The position numbers were made by a program, and so were the translations under genes. A stretch of DNA of 49,656 nucleotides from Stramenopiles sp. TOSAG23-2. Its lineage: Eukaryota. Of this stretch, positions 12,737 through 25,098 are shown in pieces. The stretch is from positions 1 to 49,656 of the forward strand of contig LT649271.1 of assembly GCA_900128395.1 (NCBI GenBank). Direction: 5' to 3'. The notes under the pieces were generated by a model that was given only the letters and a program-made list of their open reading frames with translations, was not told the DNA's origin and did no database searches. The number at the start of each line of letters is the position of its first letter. Position 1 is the stretch's first letter.

Positions 12737-12953
12737 GTGGAAAGGATGTGGATAGGCGTATACTAAAATATATTTTATATTATATATACTACCAACTACA
12801 ATATCCTATATATAAATAAATACGAACCATCCACTCACTCCAACTCCCGTCAAATTTCTAGCATGCAAGAGATCAAGAGAAAAAAAATAGAAATACATGA
12901 GAGAGAGAGGGGAAAAAGAAAAAAAGAGTAGTCATCACAACAATAAAACAAAC

Positions 12954-13388
12954 ATGGGAATTTTCACTGATCATTTACCCTTACTTCGTAAAATATGCAG
13001 AGGACTCGTGACTGTTCATTTTTTCCTCGGCTTTGCAATGACTGCCATGGGCTTTGGTCTTATTGAAGCACCAGAGGATTTAAAACAAATAACTAAAATT
13101 GGGTATAATGCAATATTTGGAATTGATGTTGATCCGCTATTAGGTTTAAAAATTATAGGACCTTGCAAGGTTATTGGTATTACTGCTATGTATGGTTATT
13201 TTGGTCCAATTCTTGATAGATTGGCAAACATATGTTTTTTTTTACCTGTATACGCTGCATATGTTGGTCATAACGAGCTTGGGGCGAATGAAAATGTTCC
13301 AATTATTATTGGTTCTCTCTATTTTTTAGTATTGGTTTTACCAAGAGGAAGTTCATCGTCTACTACGGAGCAAATAAAAAAAGACTGA
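12954..13388 (+). CDS. Small multi-pass membrane protein (possibly DoxX-like)
   Basis: ~144 aa from the ATG at 12954, with about four hydrophobic segments. Confidence 0.55.
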   Translation: MGIFTDHLPLLRKICRGLVTVHFFLGFAMTAMGFGLIEAPEDLKQITKIGYNAIFGIDVDPLLGLKIIGPCKVIGITAMYGYFGPILDRLANICFFLPVYAAYVGHNELGANENVPIIIGSLYFLVLVLPRGSSSSTTEQIKKD

Positions 13389-13827
13389 AAGGTTGCAAAG
13401 GAGGAGAGAGAGAGTGTGGAGAGACCCAAAATAACAATTATTTTACATATATATTAATAACACACCTATTAATAATATCTCGTTTTTATTTAATACGCTT
13501 CGTCTAAAATACAACATTTTCTTTTGCTTTAACACACCCAACAAAAATAACACCTTTTTATACCTTCTCTTCTCCAATGATATTTTTTAATATCAATATC
13601 GTGCGAAATTTCGTCAATGATAATTTTTAAATTCTCTCTTCTGTCTCCAGTTCCTTTTTTTCTTTACTACGCGAATATATTTTTAATTATATAAATGATA
13701 CAATATTGCTGCTACTATTATTTTTCCTTTTTTTTACTATTCTTTAATTTGAATTAATATACACATTTTTTGCCAAAATATTTTAGCTTTTTTCTTATTT
13801 AACAAAAATACGACGGATAATGAGTTT

Positions 13828-15295
13828 TTATAAAAGAACTTCTGAACTACCATTATTACTTTTACTACTACCTTCATGTCGCTTTTCCCAATTTACAATT
13901 TTATCTTTGTACTCGTCGATATTTCTAGCATTTAATTTAGTTAATTGTCTCCTAGTCAATGGTTGATTTGTAAAAGGGCATGTATTTGGACGATGTTTAA
14001 ATGGACCTGGATCATCTTCGTCATCTGCTCCGCCATATGACATCAATGTTTGCATCCAAGAATCGTAGGACATTACATGGCCATATATTGAGATAGCAGG
14101 GTCGTAACAAAAATCTTGTGTCATTGGATCGCGAAAGCCTGGCATGATATTTACCCAATTTTTTGGTCGCTCGATACGTTTTCTCTCTTTTACTGGTTTC
14201 TTTTTCTTCGCTCTTGGTTTCTTTGGTTTTTTCGGTATTGATAACCTTGGTTTCTTAGCTTTGCGGCCGCCACCACCACCAGTCCTTGGTTTTTGATGTT
14301 GCGCAGCGGCATAATCGCCCGTTACTTGCAATGATTGTGGGACTAACACTTTAGGTCGAGTAAATTTCAATTTCTTTTTTATTTTACCAGTTTTCTTATC
14401 TTCAACTTCTATCAATTGGTAGTTTGGATCTTTCAAAACGCCCTTTTCAATTAACAAGCGGTAGTAATTAGAACATTGGTAACCAACACGACCTGGAACC
14501 TTGATACTTAGCTCCCCCCAACGATAATCAACACCACCTTTAATTAAAGTTAAGAAATGGTTATGCTCCGCTTCTGACCATGCACCTGTTGCTTGAGTTT
14601 CACCTAAATCATTGAAACGGTAATAATATGCATTTGGGTTTTGTTTTCTATGCATGAATGCTTTGCACCTTGCTTTGCTCCAACCCATTGCGAGTAATTT
14701 TTTCGCCTGGTCTGTTTCTAAGCAATCATTCATATTCCCAGATTTAACAGATATTTTTTTTCTCTTCAGGATTTTTTGTGGCTTGTGCACTTCATCTTTT
14801 TTTGCAAAAGCTTCAACTGCACGTTTTGCATCTTCGAGTGATAAATCCTCTTCATCCCCATCATCCATGACATTGCGATATGCTTCTTCATCTCCTTCTT
14901 CTTTATCCTCTGGTGCCCAACAGGAAATTTTACCATCAGTTGGAACATGTGCGCCAAAATATCTTCTCGTTCGTTTGCCTACTAAATCGCTTCCTTCTAT
15001 TTGAAATCCTTCTGGAAGTTTCTTCGTCACCTTTTTTTTAGCAGATGATTTTGCTTTTTTCTTGGAAGGTGATGTTTTTTTCTTCGGTGTTGTTGCCGAT
15101 TTTTTGCTTTTTTTATTGCTTTTGCTCGTTGCTGGTATATCAAAATCGTTTAAATCGTCTGCATCCGCATTATCATTTAAACGTACAGTCGTTTTCTTAC
15201 TTTTGCCTTTTTTAGCCTTTACTTTTGATGGTGTTGGGGCATTTTTCTTCTTCTTCGTCGTCGTCGATTTTTTCTTTGCACTACTACTACTACTG

Positions 15296-15327
<32 letters not shown>

Positions 15328-16071
15328 GCTGCTGCTGCTACTAGAACTTTCATTTACACCATTTTCCTTATCATTTGTGTTATTACGCGTAAGCTCTTTC
15401 TCTTCACCTGTCTCATCAATTATACCTGCTTTCATAGCCATAGCCATAGCATCTCTTAAGACCAAACGTTTGCCACCACTTTTTGAACTTCCAGTATTTT
15501 GCTGCCTTGCACGTCTTAAATGGTCTTCCAAAGCGTCTGTTGAATTAATTTCAATAGCTGTTGTAATACCACGTGATCTCATCTTTGGACCTCTTGGTTT
15601 TCTTACACGATATTTACGTGCTGTCATTTCTTTAACCGCATCTGCAAATTCTGGATCTGTGACTAAGCGTGTTTTTGCATGGATTTCGTTACCAGCACAT
15701 ACATCCAATGCCATTTGCGCTTCTTGCTCTGTCAAGTGTGGTTCCACAACTTCTTGTATTTCCTTTAAGGTTTGCTTTGCTAAATCCTCTGAATGCTTTG
15801 CAAATTTTGCTTGCATTTCTTTAATCTTTTGCTTCATTAAACGTTTTTGTTCACTAGATAAACCATCTTCCTCTTCATCGCTTGATTCATCGGATGAAGA
15901 TGATGAGCCATCTGAATCAGAATCAGAATCAGATTCGGTATCCGTAGCTTGGCTATCTTTAGTTGTCGTTGTAGTCGTCGTAGTCGTCGTTGTTGTTGGT
16001 GGTGTCTCAACAAAATCATTATCATCATCGACTTCCATGGTTTGAACGTGTCCTTGTACAATTGTTGCCAT
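13828..16071 (-). CDS. Nuclear protein with UBA-like, Tudor-like, Myb/SANT and C-terminal U-box-like regions
   Basis: LVGKRTRRYFG...DDGDEEDL (Tudor-like); WSEAEH...WGELSIKVPGRVGYQCSNYYR (Myb); FRDPMTQD..DPAISIYGH...CPFTNQPL (U-box-like). Confidence 0.75.
15281..15343. repeat. (CTA/CTG)n microsatellite encoding poly-Ser
   Basis: Direct reading of the sequence. Confidence 0.9.
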
Positions 16072-16770
16072 AGTATAATTTGAAAATTATTTTAATTTAT
16101 ATATATATATATATACTTTTCTTTGTAAAAAATAGTCTCGTTCGTAATGAGTATAAATTATTTTATTTTTAATAACTAAACTTGTTTAAATCAATGAAAA
16201 TCCGTAATTGTTATAAATAAAAATGTAAATCTATATTTCTAATATTACAAAATACAAAATATAAAACTATTATTAATAATAATAAATAATAAAAATGCAT
16301 CAATCACAAGTGCACAACAAACAAAAAGTCATCAAAAAAATAATAATAATTTGAATTGCATTTTTGTAATAGCATCGATGTATCATTAAAAACCCCGCTG
16401 TGGCCCGCGCCAAGTCAACATATCACAGGTTTAAATTTTTGATCAGAGTTAGAGCAAAAAGAGCAAAGAAGAATATTACCCTAATTTCTAACTATATTAA
16501 TGCTGTGTCGTGTATAGTTGATGCTATGCTCCTAGTAATCCATCACACAGATGATGTGCCGAGACGAGGAAGAAATTGCGCCACAAAAGACCACAAACTA
16601 GAACACTTTTTGAATGAATCAAGATATATTACTGTAGATGATGGATGTGATCGAGAGATGTATAGATACACACACACACAGAACAAATTGAAGAAATTGG
16701 ATTGAAATATCAGATACAACGGTAAGATTAGGAAATACATACATACATATATTCACGTACAAATTATAAT

Positions 16771-17166
16771 ATGGCATCAATTACAACTGCTGCTACTGCA
16801 AAACCAGCTGCCAAGAAAAAAGAAGACGGGGATGAAGTACGTGAGCAAGATAGATTTTTACCAATAGCAAATATTAGTCGCATCATGAAAAAAAGTCTAC
16901 CACCAAATGCAAAGATTGCAAAAGATGCAAAAGAAACGGTACAAGAATGTGTGTCTGAATTTATATCATTTATAACAAGCGAAGCAAGTGATAAGTGTCA
17001 ACGTGAGAAAAGAAAAACTATCAATGGTGATGATTTATTATGGGCTATGAGTACATTAGGTTTTGATAAATATTATGATCCACTCAAAGTGTATTTAACA
17101 AAATATCGTGAATCTATAAAAGGAAAAGATGATGATAAGAAGAAAAAAGATAAAAATTCAAAATAA
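16771..17166 (+). CDS. NFYB: Nuclear transcription factor Y subunit B (HAP3)
   Basis: [68 protein letters not shown]. Confidence 0.97.
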   Translation: MASITTAATAKPAAKKKEDGDEVREQDRFLPIANISRIMKKSLPPNAKIAKDAKETVQECVSEFISFITSEASDKCQREKRKTINGDDLLWAMSTLGFDKYYDPLKVYLTKYRESIKGKDDDKKKKDKNSK

Positions 17167-17455
17167 GTACGAATATAAATATACCATATATAATATACTT
17201 TTAAATATATAAATTAATATTTTCTGTTTTATAAAATACTTCTTTGCACGAACTTCTCGTATAATATGTAATTACGAACTTTGTACATATTGGAATACGT
17301 AGAATTACACTTCGTATCATACTCATCATATAGCATTATTTTATTTTAAAAATAAAAAACAAACAAAAATTATTAATAATGACAAAAATATTTTTGACAC
17401 ACACCACACTGTTTTCCTCCTAAATATAAATAAAACATATGCACAAAACGTATTA

Positions 17456-18634
17456 TCAATTATTCGATTCTTCATTTGTCCATGCATGTTGAATTTTCAA
17501 ATCCAATGCTTCTTTACTAGAAGTAAATAAACCTTGAACTTTACAAAAATCAATTAACAATTCATAAAATACATTTGGATTCTCTTCGTGTATAACATGT
17601 CCAGAGTTTGGTATATTTTTATATTGAAATTTTCCTTGCATATGTCCAATTGTTAATGGTGTATCAAGCCGATCCATTCCAGCTACAATTAATAATTTTT
17701 TTAATTTATTGCCTGTACCTAAAAAATAATTCGACATACCTTTATACCAACCTGACCAATACGGCATTGTGTTGATCAAGTCTGTACGCCATCGATATAC
17801 ATTCTTCCCTTCAATAAATTGTAGCCGAGAACATACAGATGCTTTAATCGTATTGTATGATGTTGGATTAATCCTTTGCAACATTGTATTGCAAACATAT
17901 TTAATCCCATCTTCTAACGTTTTAAATTCCTTCGGTATTTTCTCAACAAATTTTTCCATACTTGGAAGTGCTGCTAAAGCAGTTCCTTCCACAACATCTA
18001 CCACTACTAGCCCACATATTTCAACTATGTTATTTAAACGTTCTTGAGCTTGACATGTGACATGTGTAGCAATTGCACCACCCATACTATGACCAATTAA
18101 TACAATGCGAGGTATTGCATCATCAGTTGTTAAATTTAACTTTTCTTTGGTTAATGTCATTGTTAAAATTTTAACTACATCATCCGTAAAGCGTTCAATC
18201 GAAAAATTCTCCTCTTTCAAATTCGGACACTTAAAAGTATTATTATCATTAACGCCGTCAGTATTAGTTGAATTAGATACATATTCAAAGTTGCCATGAC
18301 CATATAAATCAAATGCTAATATTGGCATATTATTTCCAGCGCAAATCTTTGCAACTTGTGCAAATGTCATTGCAGAAAATCCACCACCATGTATGAAAAC
18401 AAAGATTGGGCATTCTAATAAACGATTTTCATTATTATATAAATTTGATGAATACAAATGAAAAATACATTTTCTTTCATCTAAATCTGTAATTTCAATC
18501 GTTTCATGATTTTGAAAATATGCTGTTGCTGCTGTTGTGTCACCATCATCATTTTCAGTTGATGTAACATTGTTAATATTATTATTATTATTATTATTTG
18601 TTGTTGGCATTGATGTTGCCATCATAGATGCCAT
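17456..18634 (-). CDS. PPME1: Protein phosphatase methylesterase 1
   Basis: HGGGFS, GHSMGG nucleophile, VDVVEGTA, DRLDTPLTIGHMQGKFQ, GHVIHE. Confidence 0.93.
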   Translation of the reverse strand: MASMMATSMPTTNNNNNNNINNVTSTENDDGDTTAATAYFQNHETIEITDLDERKCIFHLYSSNLYNNENRLLECPIFVFIHGGGFSAMTFAQVAKICAGNNMPILAFDLYGHGNFEYVSNSTNTDGVNDNNTFKCPNLKEENFSIERFTDDVVKILTMTLTKEKLNLTTDDAIPRIVLIGHSMGGAIATHVTCQAQERLNNIVEICGLVVVDVVEGTALAALPSMEKFVEKIPKEFKTLEDGIKYVCNTMLQRINPTSYNTIKASVCSRLQFIEGKNVYRWRTDLINTMPYWSGWYKGMSNYFLGTGNKLKKLLIVAGMDRLDTPLTIGHMQGKFQYKNIPNSGHVIHEENPNVFYELLIDFCKVQGLFTSSKEALDLKIQHAWTNEESNN

Positions 18635-18974
18635 ATTATTATTATGAGAATATATATATATATATATTCCTTCAAATACTTGATACTATTTCGTTTTCGT
18701 TGAATGTAACAAATGAATTAGTTTGCTTTATTTTTTCCTTTTTGTTTGTTTTCTCTTTTATTAATTATTTTTTATTTACTGTGCCTGGCTATATATTATT
18801 TGTGTGCGAAGATGTTTTATATTTCGTTTTTCTTTTTTCTTGTGTTAAAATATTTACGTTTTGTTTTTTGATCTGTTTTTTTCTTTTTTTTTTTTTACTT
18901 TTGTATGTGTACTACTATAATTTTATATCTCTTATTAAGTCTCTTTTCGTTTGTCGTTAAGTGATAAAAATAAT

Positions 18975-19382
18975 TTATTTGCCTTCGGCAGCTTTAGCCT
19001 TGGCTTGTTTTTCCAATTCAAGTTTTTCAGTTAGTACATCATGTAAAAAATCAAAAATATCAGTATTTTTAACAGCAATATATATATCATCTTTTTGTAA
19101 ATTTCTTCGATCTGTATTTTCAGAGTTACAGTAGGCACGTAATGTTAATTCTAATATGAATAATTCACAAGCTTTAGCAAATAGCACAGGCGCTTCAGCA
19201 CGGATCATTCTAACATCTTCATCTGATTTCATAATACGTTTAATTCGCGCTAATGGCAAATCATTATGATTTTTAAAATCACTATTTTCTTCACATAATT
19301 TTTTAATATCTTCACCTTGTTTTTCCCAAAAGACTTTTAATTGTGAACGTAAGTTACCACTGGATGAATCTGAACTCGACAT
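18975..19382 (-). CDS. NFYC: Nuclear transcription factor Y subunit C (HAP5)-like
   Basis: [38 protein letters not shown]...DIFDFL; ATG at 19382. Confidence 0.9.
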   Translation of the reverse strand: [135 protein letters not shown]

Positions 19383-20172
19383 GGTATGGTATACTATGGT
19401 ATTATTAAAGAATAAATCGTACAACAATGGTTGTCTAAAACTATATTCCTAAGAATAAGTCTTTCTGCTTCTGTTATATTGTTATATATCTCACATGTAT
19501 ATAGGTGTATTGTATGTCATTCATTTATTCATAAAGACAGGCAATCTTCTTAATAAAATTCTGGCAACACAAAGATATTATTATTTGTGGCAATCCCTAA
19601 TTCCCAATAGCACCACACAGCATTCCACTACTGGTGGTAGAGCGATCACAATGCTATAGACGACCATAACCACAGTATAGTAATAGTATAGTGAGGATTT
19701 TTGGCAAATTTACAAGCCGTCTTTTTGAGCTCCTCGATTCTATAATACGGAAATATACTATCTTTTGTGTATTAGAGACTTCTTCATAATAACTTACTAT
19801 TGCCAATGATGAGATACCATATATTATTAATATTTGGTCATTTTTCGTATTATAAAAACCTAGTTTTGACCTCGATCCCGCTTTTTTTTTTTTTTTCGAA
19901 TAATTTTCCATGAAAATTGAATGATGATTGTGATGTTTTGTCCCATTGTAATTAGTGTTAAAATTAGAAATATATAGATTGATAGATAAATGTATAAAAT
20001 GAAGAACTAAAAATAAATTAATACATTTCCAGTCGTGAATCAAAATAGTATATAGGTAGAAAGAATAAGCAGGTAAATAGATAGATACATACATATATTT
20101 GATCTTTTTTTTAACGCATCATATAAATAAATAATATAGATATATATAAATACACATTTATCTTTACGAAAA

Positions 20173-22557
20173 ATGGCAACGGAATCCTGGAATAACATTA
20201 CAGAAGGTGTGACAAATCTTTCTGGAAAATTTTCAATAAATAATAATGGTTTGAAATGGGAGTCTAATGATTCAGAAGAACAACCAATTGAAATGGCATC
20301 GTCTGAATTGTCTGGGGCGCAAATTACATGGTTAAGTGCAAGACCAAAATGTCAGCTACGTGTATTGACAGCGTCTGGTTCTACCAAACGTTTCTATGGC
20401 TTCAGAGGCAACGATCGTGATAAAATTAAACAATTTTTTCCAAAAGATAATTTAACTTTCAACACGGAGGAACCTGCTATTAATGGACAAAATTTTGGCC
20501 ATTTAACTTGTACCGATAAAACCATCACGTTTGAAAACGAGGATAAAGTAGCGTTTGAAATGCCAGCAAAGGATATTTCCCAAGTCATTTACAAAGCACC
20601 AAATCAAATCGAAATACAAATTGAGGAATCAGGTGTAAGTCGTAATAAAGATGATGCACAACTTGTTCAACTAAATTTTTGGGTACCGACAGAAAATTTA
20701 GACGAAGAAGATGAGGCTGAAGGAGCAGATGAAACATCTACATGGGGTAGTCAATTGCAGGCAAAGATGATGGCTGAAGCGGACATTCAAAGTGCAACTG
20801 GTGATTTAGTCACACAATTTCCTGATACTGTTGGCACTTTCAAATCACCACGTGGTCGTTATTCCATTGAAATGTATCAAAAATTCTTTCGTTTATATGG
20901 TTCAACATATAATGATAAAATCAAATATGATGAAATTAGTGCATTGTTTTTGTTAAATCATCCAGATTACAAAGAACATAGTTTCGTCATTAGTTTGAAA
21001 GAGGGTAAAAATGTGATCCAAGGTAACCAACGTTATCAACATTTAGTCATGTCGATGAAAGCAGATAAAGAGTTAACTGCGGATATATTTTTAAATGAGG
21101 CAGAATGTATTAAACAATATGGTAAAGATTCCCACGGAGAAGCAGCGTTAAAACCACGTATGACAGGTGATTTGCATACCTTAGTAGCTACTATTTTTAA
21201 AGTATTAACGAAAAAGAAAGTATATGTATCTGGGAAATATAAAAATTTCAGAGGGGGCGATGCAATACATGCTACCATGAAGACTCACTCTGGCTTACTG
21301 TTTCCATTACAACGAAATTTATTGTTTATTCACAGACCGACAACTTTCATTCGTTATGGTGATATACAAAATGTTGAGTTTGAAAGGTATACAGGTAGTA
21401 AAGGTGCTTCGCATACATTTGATTTACGTATACGATGTCGTAGTGTTGGTGGTGAGCAACCGCGTGAATATTTCTTCAGTGGCATTGGACGTGATGAATA
21501 TACTAACTTGTTGACGTTTTTCATGGGTAAAAACGTTAATGTTGTCGGTGCACGTTACGCTGATCCGCACACAAAAAGTGGTCGAAGAACAAACCGAGTT
21601 AATTACGCTGGTCAAGATGGTGGTGTCTCCTCTTCGGAGGAGGATGCGGAAGCTGACGATGATGAGGAAGATGGTGATTTTAAAGTGGATGAACATTCTG
21701 AATCCTCATCTGCTGATTCAGATGATGAGATTGATGAGGAATCGGATGAAGATGGAGACGTAGATGACTCTGCATCTGATGAAGATGATGATATGAAAGG
21801 ACGTCAAAAGAAAGCAACCAAACGAAAACGCACCTCTAAAAAAGGTGGTAGCAGTAAGAAGAAGAAAAGAGTTAGTAAAAGCAAAGTGCCAATTGGTAGT
21901 AATGGTAAAAAAAAGAGAAAGAAAAAAGATCCAAACGCACCAAAAAGGCCATTATCAGCATATTTTATTTTTATGGGTAAAAAGCGTACTGAAGTTAAAG
22001 AACAAAATGCTGATTTGAGTACAGCTCAAGTTGCGAAAAAATTAGGAGCAATGTGGAAGACAATGACGCCAGAGGACAAAAAAGTATATGACGATGAAGC
22101 GGCAAAATTAAAAGCTGATTATCTTGTTGTCAAAGCTGAATATGATAAAAATAAACCCCCATCTGAATGGGAGACTGATGAATCGGATTCTGGTAAAAAA
22201 GGAAAAAAGAAAAGTCCATATCCAGATCCTCCAAAGCGGGGTTTATCTGCGTATATGTTCTACGTTGCAGACATGCGTAATTCTGTCAAAGAGGCCAATC
22301 CAAATTTAAGTTTTGGTGATTTGAGCAAGTTAATTGGTCAAAATTGGAAAAATTCTGGTGATGATGTTAAAACTAAATTTAATGCAAAAGCAGCAGAAGA
22401 TAAGAAACGATACGAGGTAGAAAGGAAGAAATGGGAAGGCGAAAAACGGTCTATCAAGGCACAACGATTGTTGGATGGTTTAACCGATAGTTCTGGTTCA
22501 GATCTTAGTGAGGATTCTAGTTCCTCAGAAAGTAGTGATGATGGTGCAAGTGATTGA
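20173..22557 (+). CDS. SSRP1: FACT complex subunit SSRP1/Pob3 with two HMG boxes
   Basis: GQNFG, PRGRYSIEMY, GLLFPL..LLFIHRP, VEFER, TFDL; acidic tract; KKDPNAPKRPLSAY and PPKRGLSAY HMG boxes. Confidence 0.93.
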   Translation: MATESWNNITEGVTNLSGKFSINNNGLKWESNDSEEQPIEMASSELSGAQITWLSARPKCQLRVLTASGSTKRFYGFRGNDRDKIKQFFPKDNLTFNTEEPAINGQNFGHLTCTDKTITFENEDKVAFEMPAKDISQVIYKAPNQIEIQIEESGVSRNKDDAQLVQLNFWVPTENLDEEDEAEGADETSTWGSQLQAKMMAEADIQSATGDLVTQFPDTVGTFKSPRGRYSIEMYQKFFRLYGSTYNDKIKYDEISALFLLNHPDYKEHSFVISLKEGKNVIQGNQRYQHLVMSMKADKELTADIFLNEAECIKQYGKDSHGEAALKPRMTGDLHTLVATIFKVLTKKKVYVSGKYKNFRGGDAIHATMKTHSGLLFPLQRNLLFIHRPTTFIRYGDIQNVEFERYTGSKGASHTFDLRIRCRSVGGEQPREYFFSGIGRDEYTNLLTFFMGKNVNVVGARYADPHTKSGRRTNRVNYAGQDGGVSSSEEDAEADDDEEDGDFKVDEHSESSSADSDDEIDEESDEDGDVDDSASDEDDDMKGRQKKATKRKRTSKKGGSSKKKKRVSKSKVPIGSNGKKKRKKKDPNAPKRPLSAYFIFMGKKRTEVKEQNADLSTAQVAKKLGAMWKTMTPEDKKVYDDEAAKLKADYLVVKAEYDKNKPPSEWETDESDSGKKGKKKSPYPDPPKRGLSAYMFYVADMRNSVKEANPNLSFGDLSKLIGQNWKNSGDDVKTKFNAKAAEDKKRYEVERKKWEGEKRSIKAQRLLDGLTDSSGSDLSEDSSSSESSDDGASD

Positions 22558-22970
22558 ATGAAAAAGAGATGGTGAGAAGAAGTGGTGATATGATATGATA
22601 GCTATGATGTTGTATTTATTTTTTTATACATTTAAAAAAAATATTATATATATAATACTCGTACATATTTTTTATTTTTTAGTATATACGTACACTGTCA
22701 AGAGGATTTTGATCATTTTTTCTTTTGGTGTTTTTTTATAAAAAAAAATATTTTTGACGTAAATTGAAACCTATCTCTGCACAAAAACGCACACCACACA
22801 CAACACGCAAACTACGGCTCGTAAAAGATATTACCACACAGAACTTTTCTCTCTTTCTTTTAGCACGCTAAATAATATATATATATATATTTTTTATTAT
22901 ATATAAGATATATAAAAATTAATGTTTAATCTTTATATATATATGTATATTCTTTTCGTATGTATTACAT

Positions 22971-24636
22971 TTATTGTTTTTCGCAATAGTCTCTGATCCA
23001 TTCAGGTGTGACTGATTTTGGTCTTTCCAATGGCAATCCAAGTGCTCTGTCCCAGAACAATTGTGATAAACAACCCATAGTACGACTAACACCGAATAAT
23101 ACAGTGTAGTAATCCTGTTGAGTGAAACCGTAATGCCACAACAAACAACCACTATGGGAATCAACATTTGGCCATGGATTTGCTGCTTTACCATGCTCTT
23201 TTAAAACATCTGGTACTACCTCAAAGATAGTGCCAACAATTTTGAACAATTCATCATCTGGCATATGTTTCAATGCGAATTCACGTTGTGCAGAGTAACG
23301 TGGATCAGTTTTACGTAATACAGCATGGCCGTAACCTGGAATAACTTGACCACCATTCAATGTTTCCCATGCAAATTCTCTGATTGTATCGTGGTTCACT
23401 TCTAATCCTTTGGATTCAAAATGTGCTTGTACATCGATAATCCAATTAAGTACCTCTTGGTTTGCTAAGCCATGTAATGGTCCAGCTAAAGAATTCAAAC
23501 CACCAGCCATGGATAAATATGGATCAGCTAATGTACTTCCAACTAAATGTGCAGTATGTGCGCTAGCATTACCACCCTCATGATCTGTATGAATAGTTAA
23601 ATATAAACGCATTAATTCATCAAATTCTGGATTGTCGAAACCAAGCATACGGCAAAAGTTGGCGCTATAATCAAGGCTACTATCGTATGCTGCGACTTTG
23701 CCATCGTGGTATGTTTGGCGATAGATAATTGCAGCTATTTCTGGTAATTTTGCCATTAAATCCAATGAATCTTCTAGCGTAGCTTCCCAATAATCTGATT
23801 TGTGGACACCAGCATTATATGCGGCTTGAAATTTACTTTCCGTTTGACATGCCATAACACCCATGGATAATTGTGTCATTGGGTGCATACCTTTTGGCAA
23901 GGATATCATTAATGGTTCAACGTGTGCTGGTAATTTTGCACGTGCATGCAACTCCTCTGTCAAACCCTTTGTTTGTTCAGCAGTTGGTACGTCACCAGTT
24001 AACAATAACCATAATAAAGCTTCTGGAAGTGGTTCATCATCTTGTTTTCCTGAATATGTAGGTAATGTCTGTTGTAATTCTGGGATGGTAAAACCACGGA
24101 AACGGATACCTTCATCTGCATCTAGCAATGATGTCTCCCATACCATGCATTTAACGCCTCTTGCACCACCCAAAGTTTGTGCAACGGTGACATCACCTAA
24201 TGAAACATCTCCGTAATTCTTTTTTAAATCGTTCCAGTCGGCCCTTTTTTTATCAATTTGACCTGCTAGAGTATCTTTTAAAGTAGAAGCAAAACGGATG
24301 TTGCGTGGAGCAGCACGTATTGTGGACTATGTATATATTTTAAAAGGAGAAAATTATTGTTAGTACAATGCAATCGCATATATATATACATATATGTATG
24401 TATCGATAAAAATCAAATATATTTAAGATTCTGGTTGAATATGTTTTATATGTACAAGATTTGTGGGTGTACATATATATATTATATATATATATATATC
24501 GTTAACATTTTATCAAAAAGAGTAAAGAGTATGGAATATTTATATTAAAATGGTGGTTGGATAATTATATATATATAGTATGATAGTTGTTCGAGAATAA
24601 GTTTGAAATACTTACATTAGCGATTTTAGATAACAT
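22971..24636 (-). CDS. CS: Mitochondrial citrate synthase (exons 24636-24616 and 24326-22971)
   Basis: [55 protein letters not shown]; spliced N-terminus [21 protein letters not shown] is transit-peptide-like. Confidence 0.96.
24327..24615 (-). other. Spliceosomal intron of citrate synthase (289 bp, phase 0)
   Basis: GTAAGT donor at 24615, CATAG acceptor ending at 24327; splicing keeps the frame. Confidence 0.85.
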
Positions 24637-24969
24637 CGTATATATATTGAATGATTTCTTGTTCTTTGTCGTCTTCGTCTGTAAGTGTCTGTAATATTTG
24701 TATGGTATTAACTCTTATTATCTTGTCTTCCATTCTATGTCCATCTATCTGTTTTCTTTCTTTTTGGTAATCGAACGTCTATTACAAAGATATATTATCG
24801 ATAAGTCCAATCAATAACCACAACATTGATGATGAAGAAAAATAAGAAGTTGGGTGGTAGGTTGTAAGTCAATGTAATGCTATGTGAATGCTAATGCTTC
24901 GTCCCATCACTGTAACTTGCCTTGGGCTTGCGGGCTTGGGCTTGCTATTGCCATGGATTGCCAGGCAAT

Positions 24970-25098
24970 GCCACACAGCGGATTTAAGATGACGCGTTCA
25001 TGTATTGTACTTGTTAGAATATGAAAAAAATAGCCACACAGCGGATTTAAGATGACGCGTTCATGTATTGTACTTGTTAGAATATGAAAAAAATAGCC
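24970..25098. repeat. Exact 63-bp tandem duplication upstream of CS
   Basis: GCCACACAGCGGATTTAAG...AAAAATA at 24970 and 25033. Confidence 0.9.

Noticed and set aside
15062-16045. 327-aa hydrophobic + strand ORF
   Set aside because: Antisense shadow of the Lys/Ser/Glu-rich Myb gene; the poly-Leu/Val runs come from microsatellites. The same applies to most short ORFs nested in real genes.
18628-18960. Phe-rich ORFs here and at 34728-35067, 19654-20094 and 8591-8926
   Set aside because: Translations of low-complexity AT-rich intergenic DNA with no recognisable motifs
19626-19680. TGGTAGAGC tRNA D-loop-like motif
   Set aside because: No T-loop (GTTCRA) or cloverleaf at the right spacing
19604-19807. 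CCAAT boxes in the NF-YC/SSRP1 spacer (autoregulation)
   Set aside because: A 5-mer is expected by chance in AT-rich DNA; no further support
24970-25098. CRISPR-like or functional tandem repeat
   Set aside because: Two identical adjacent copies with no spacers in a eukaryotic context; likely a contig-overlap artefact or recent slippage
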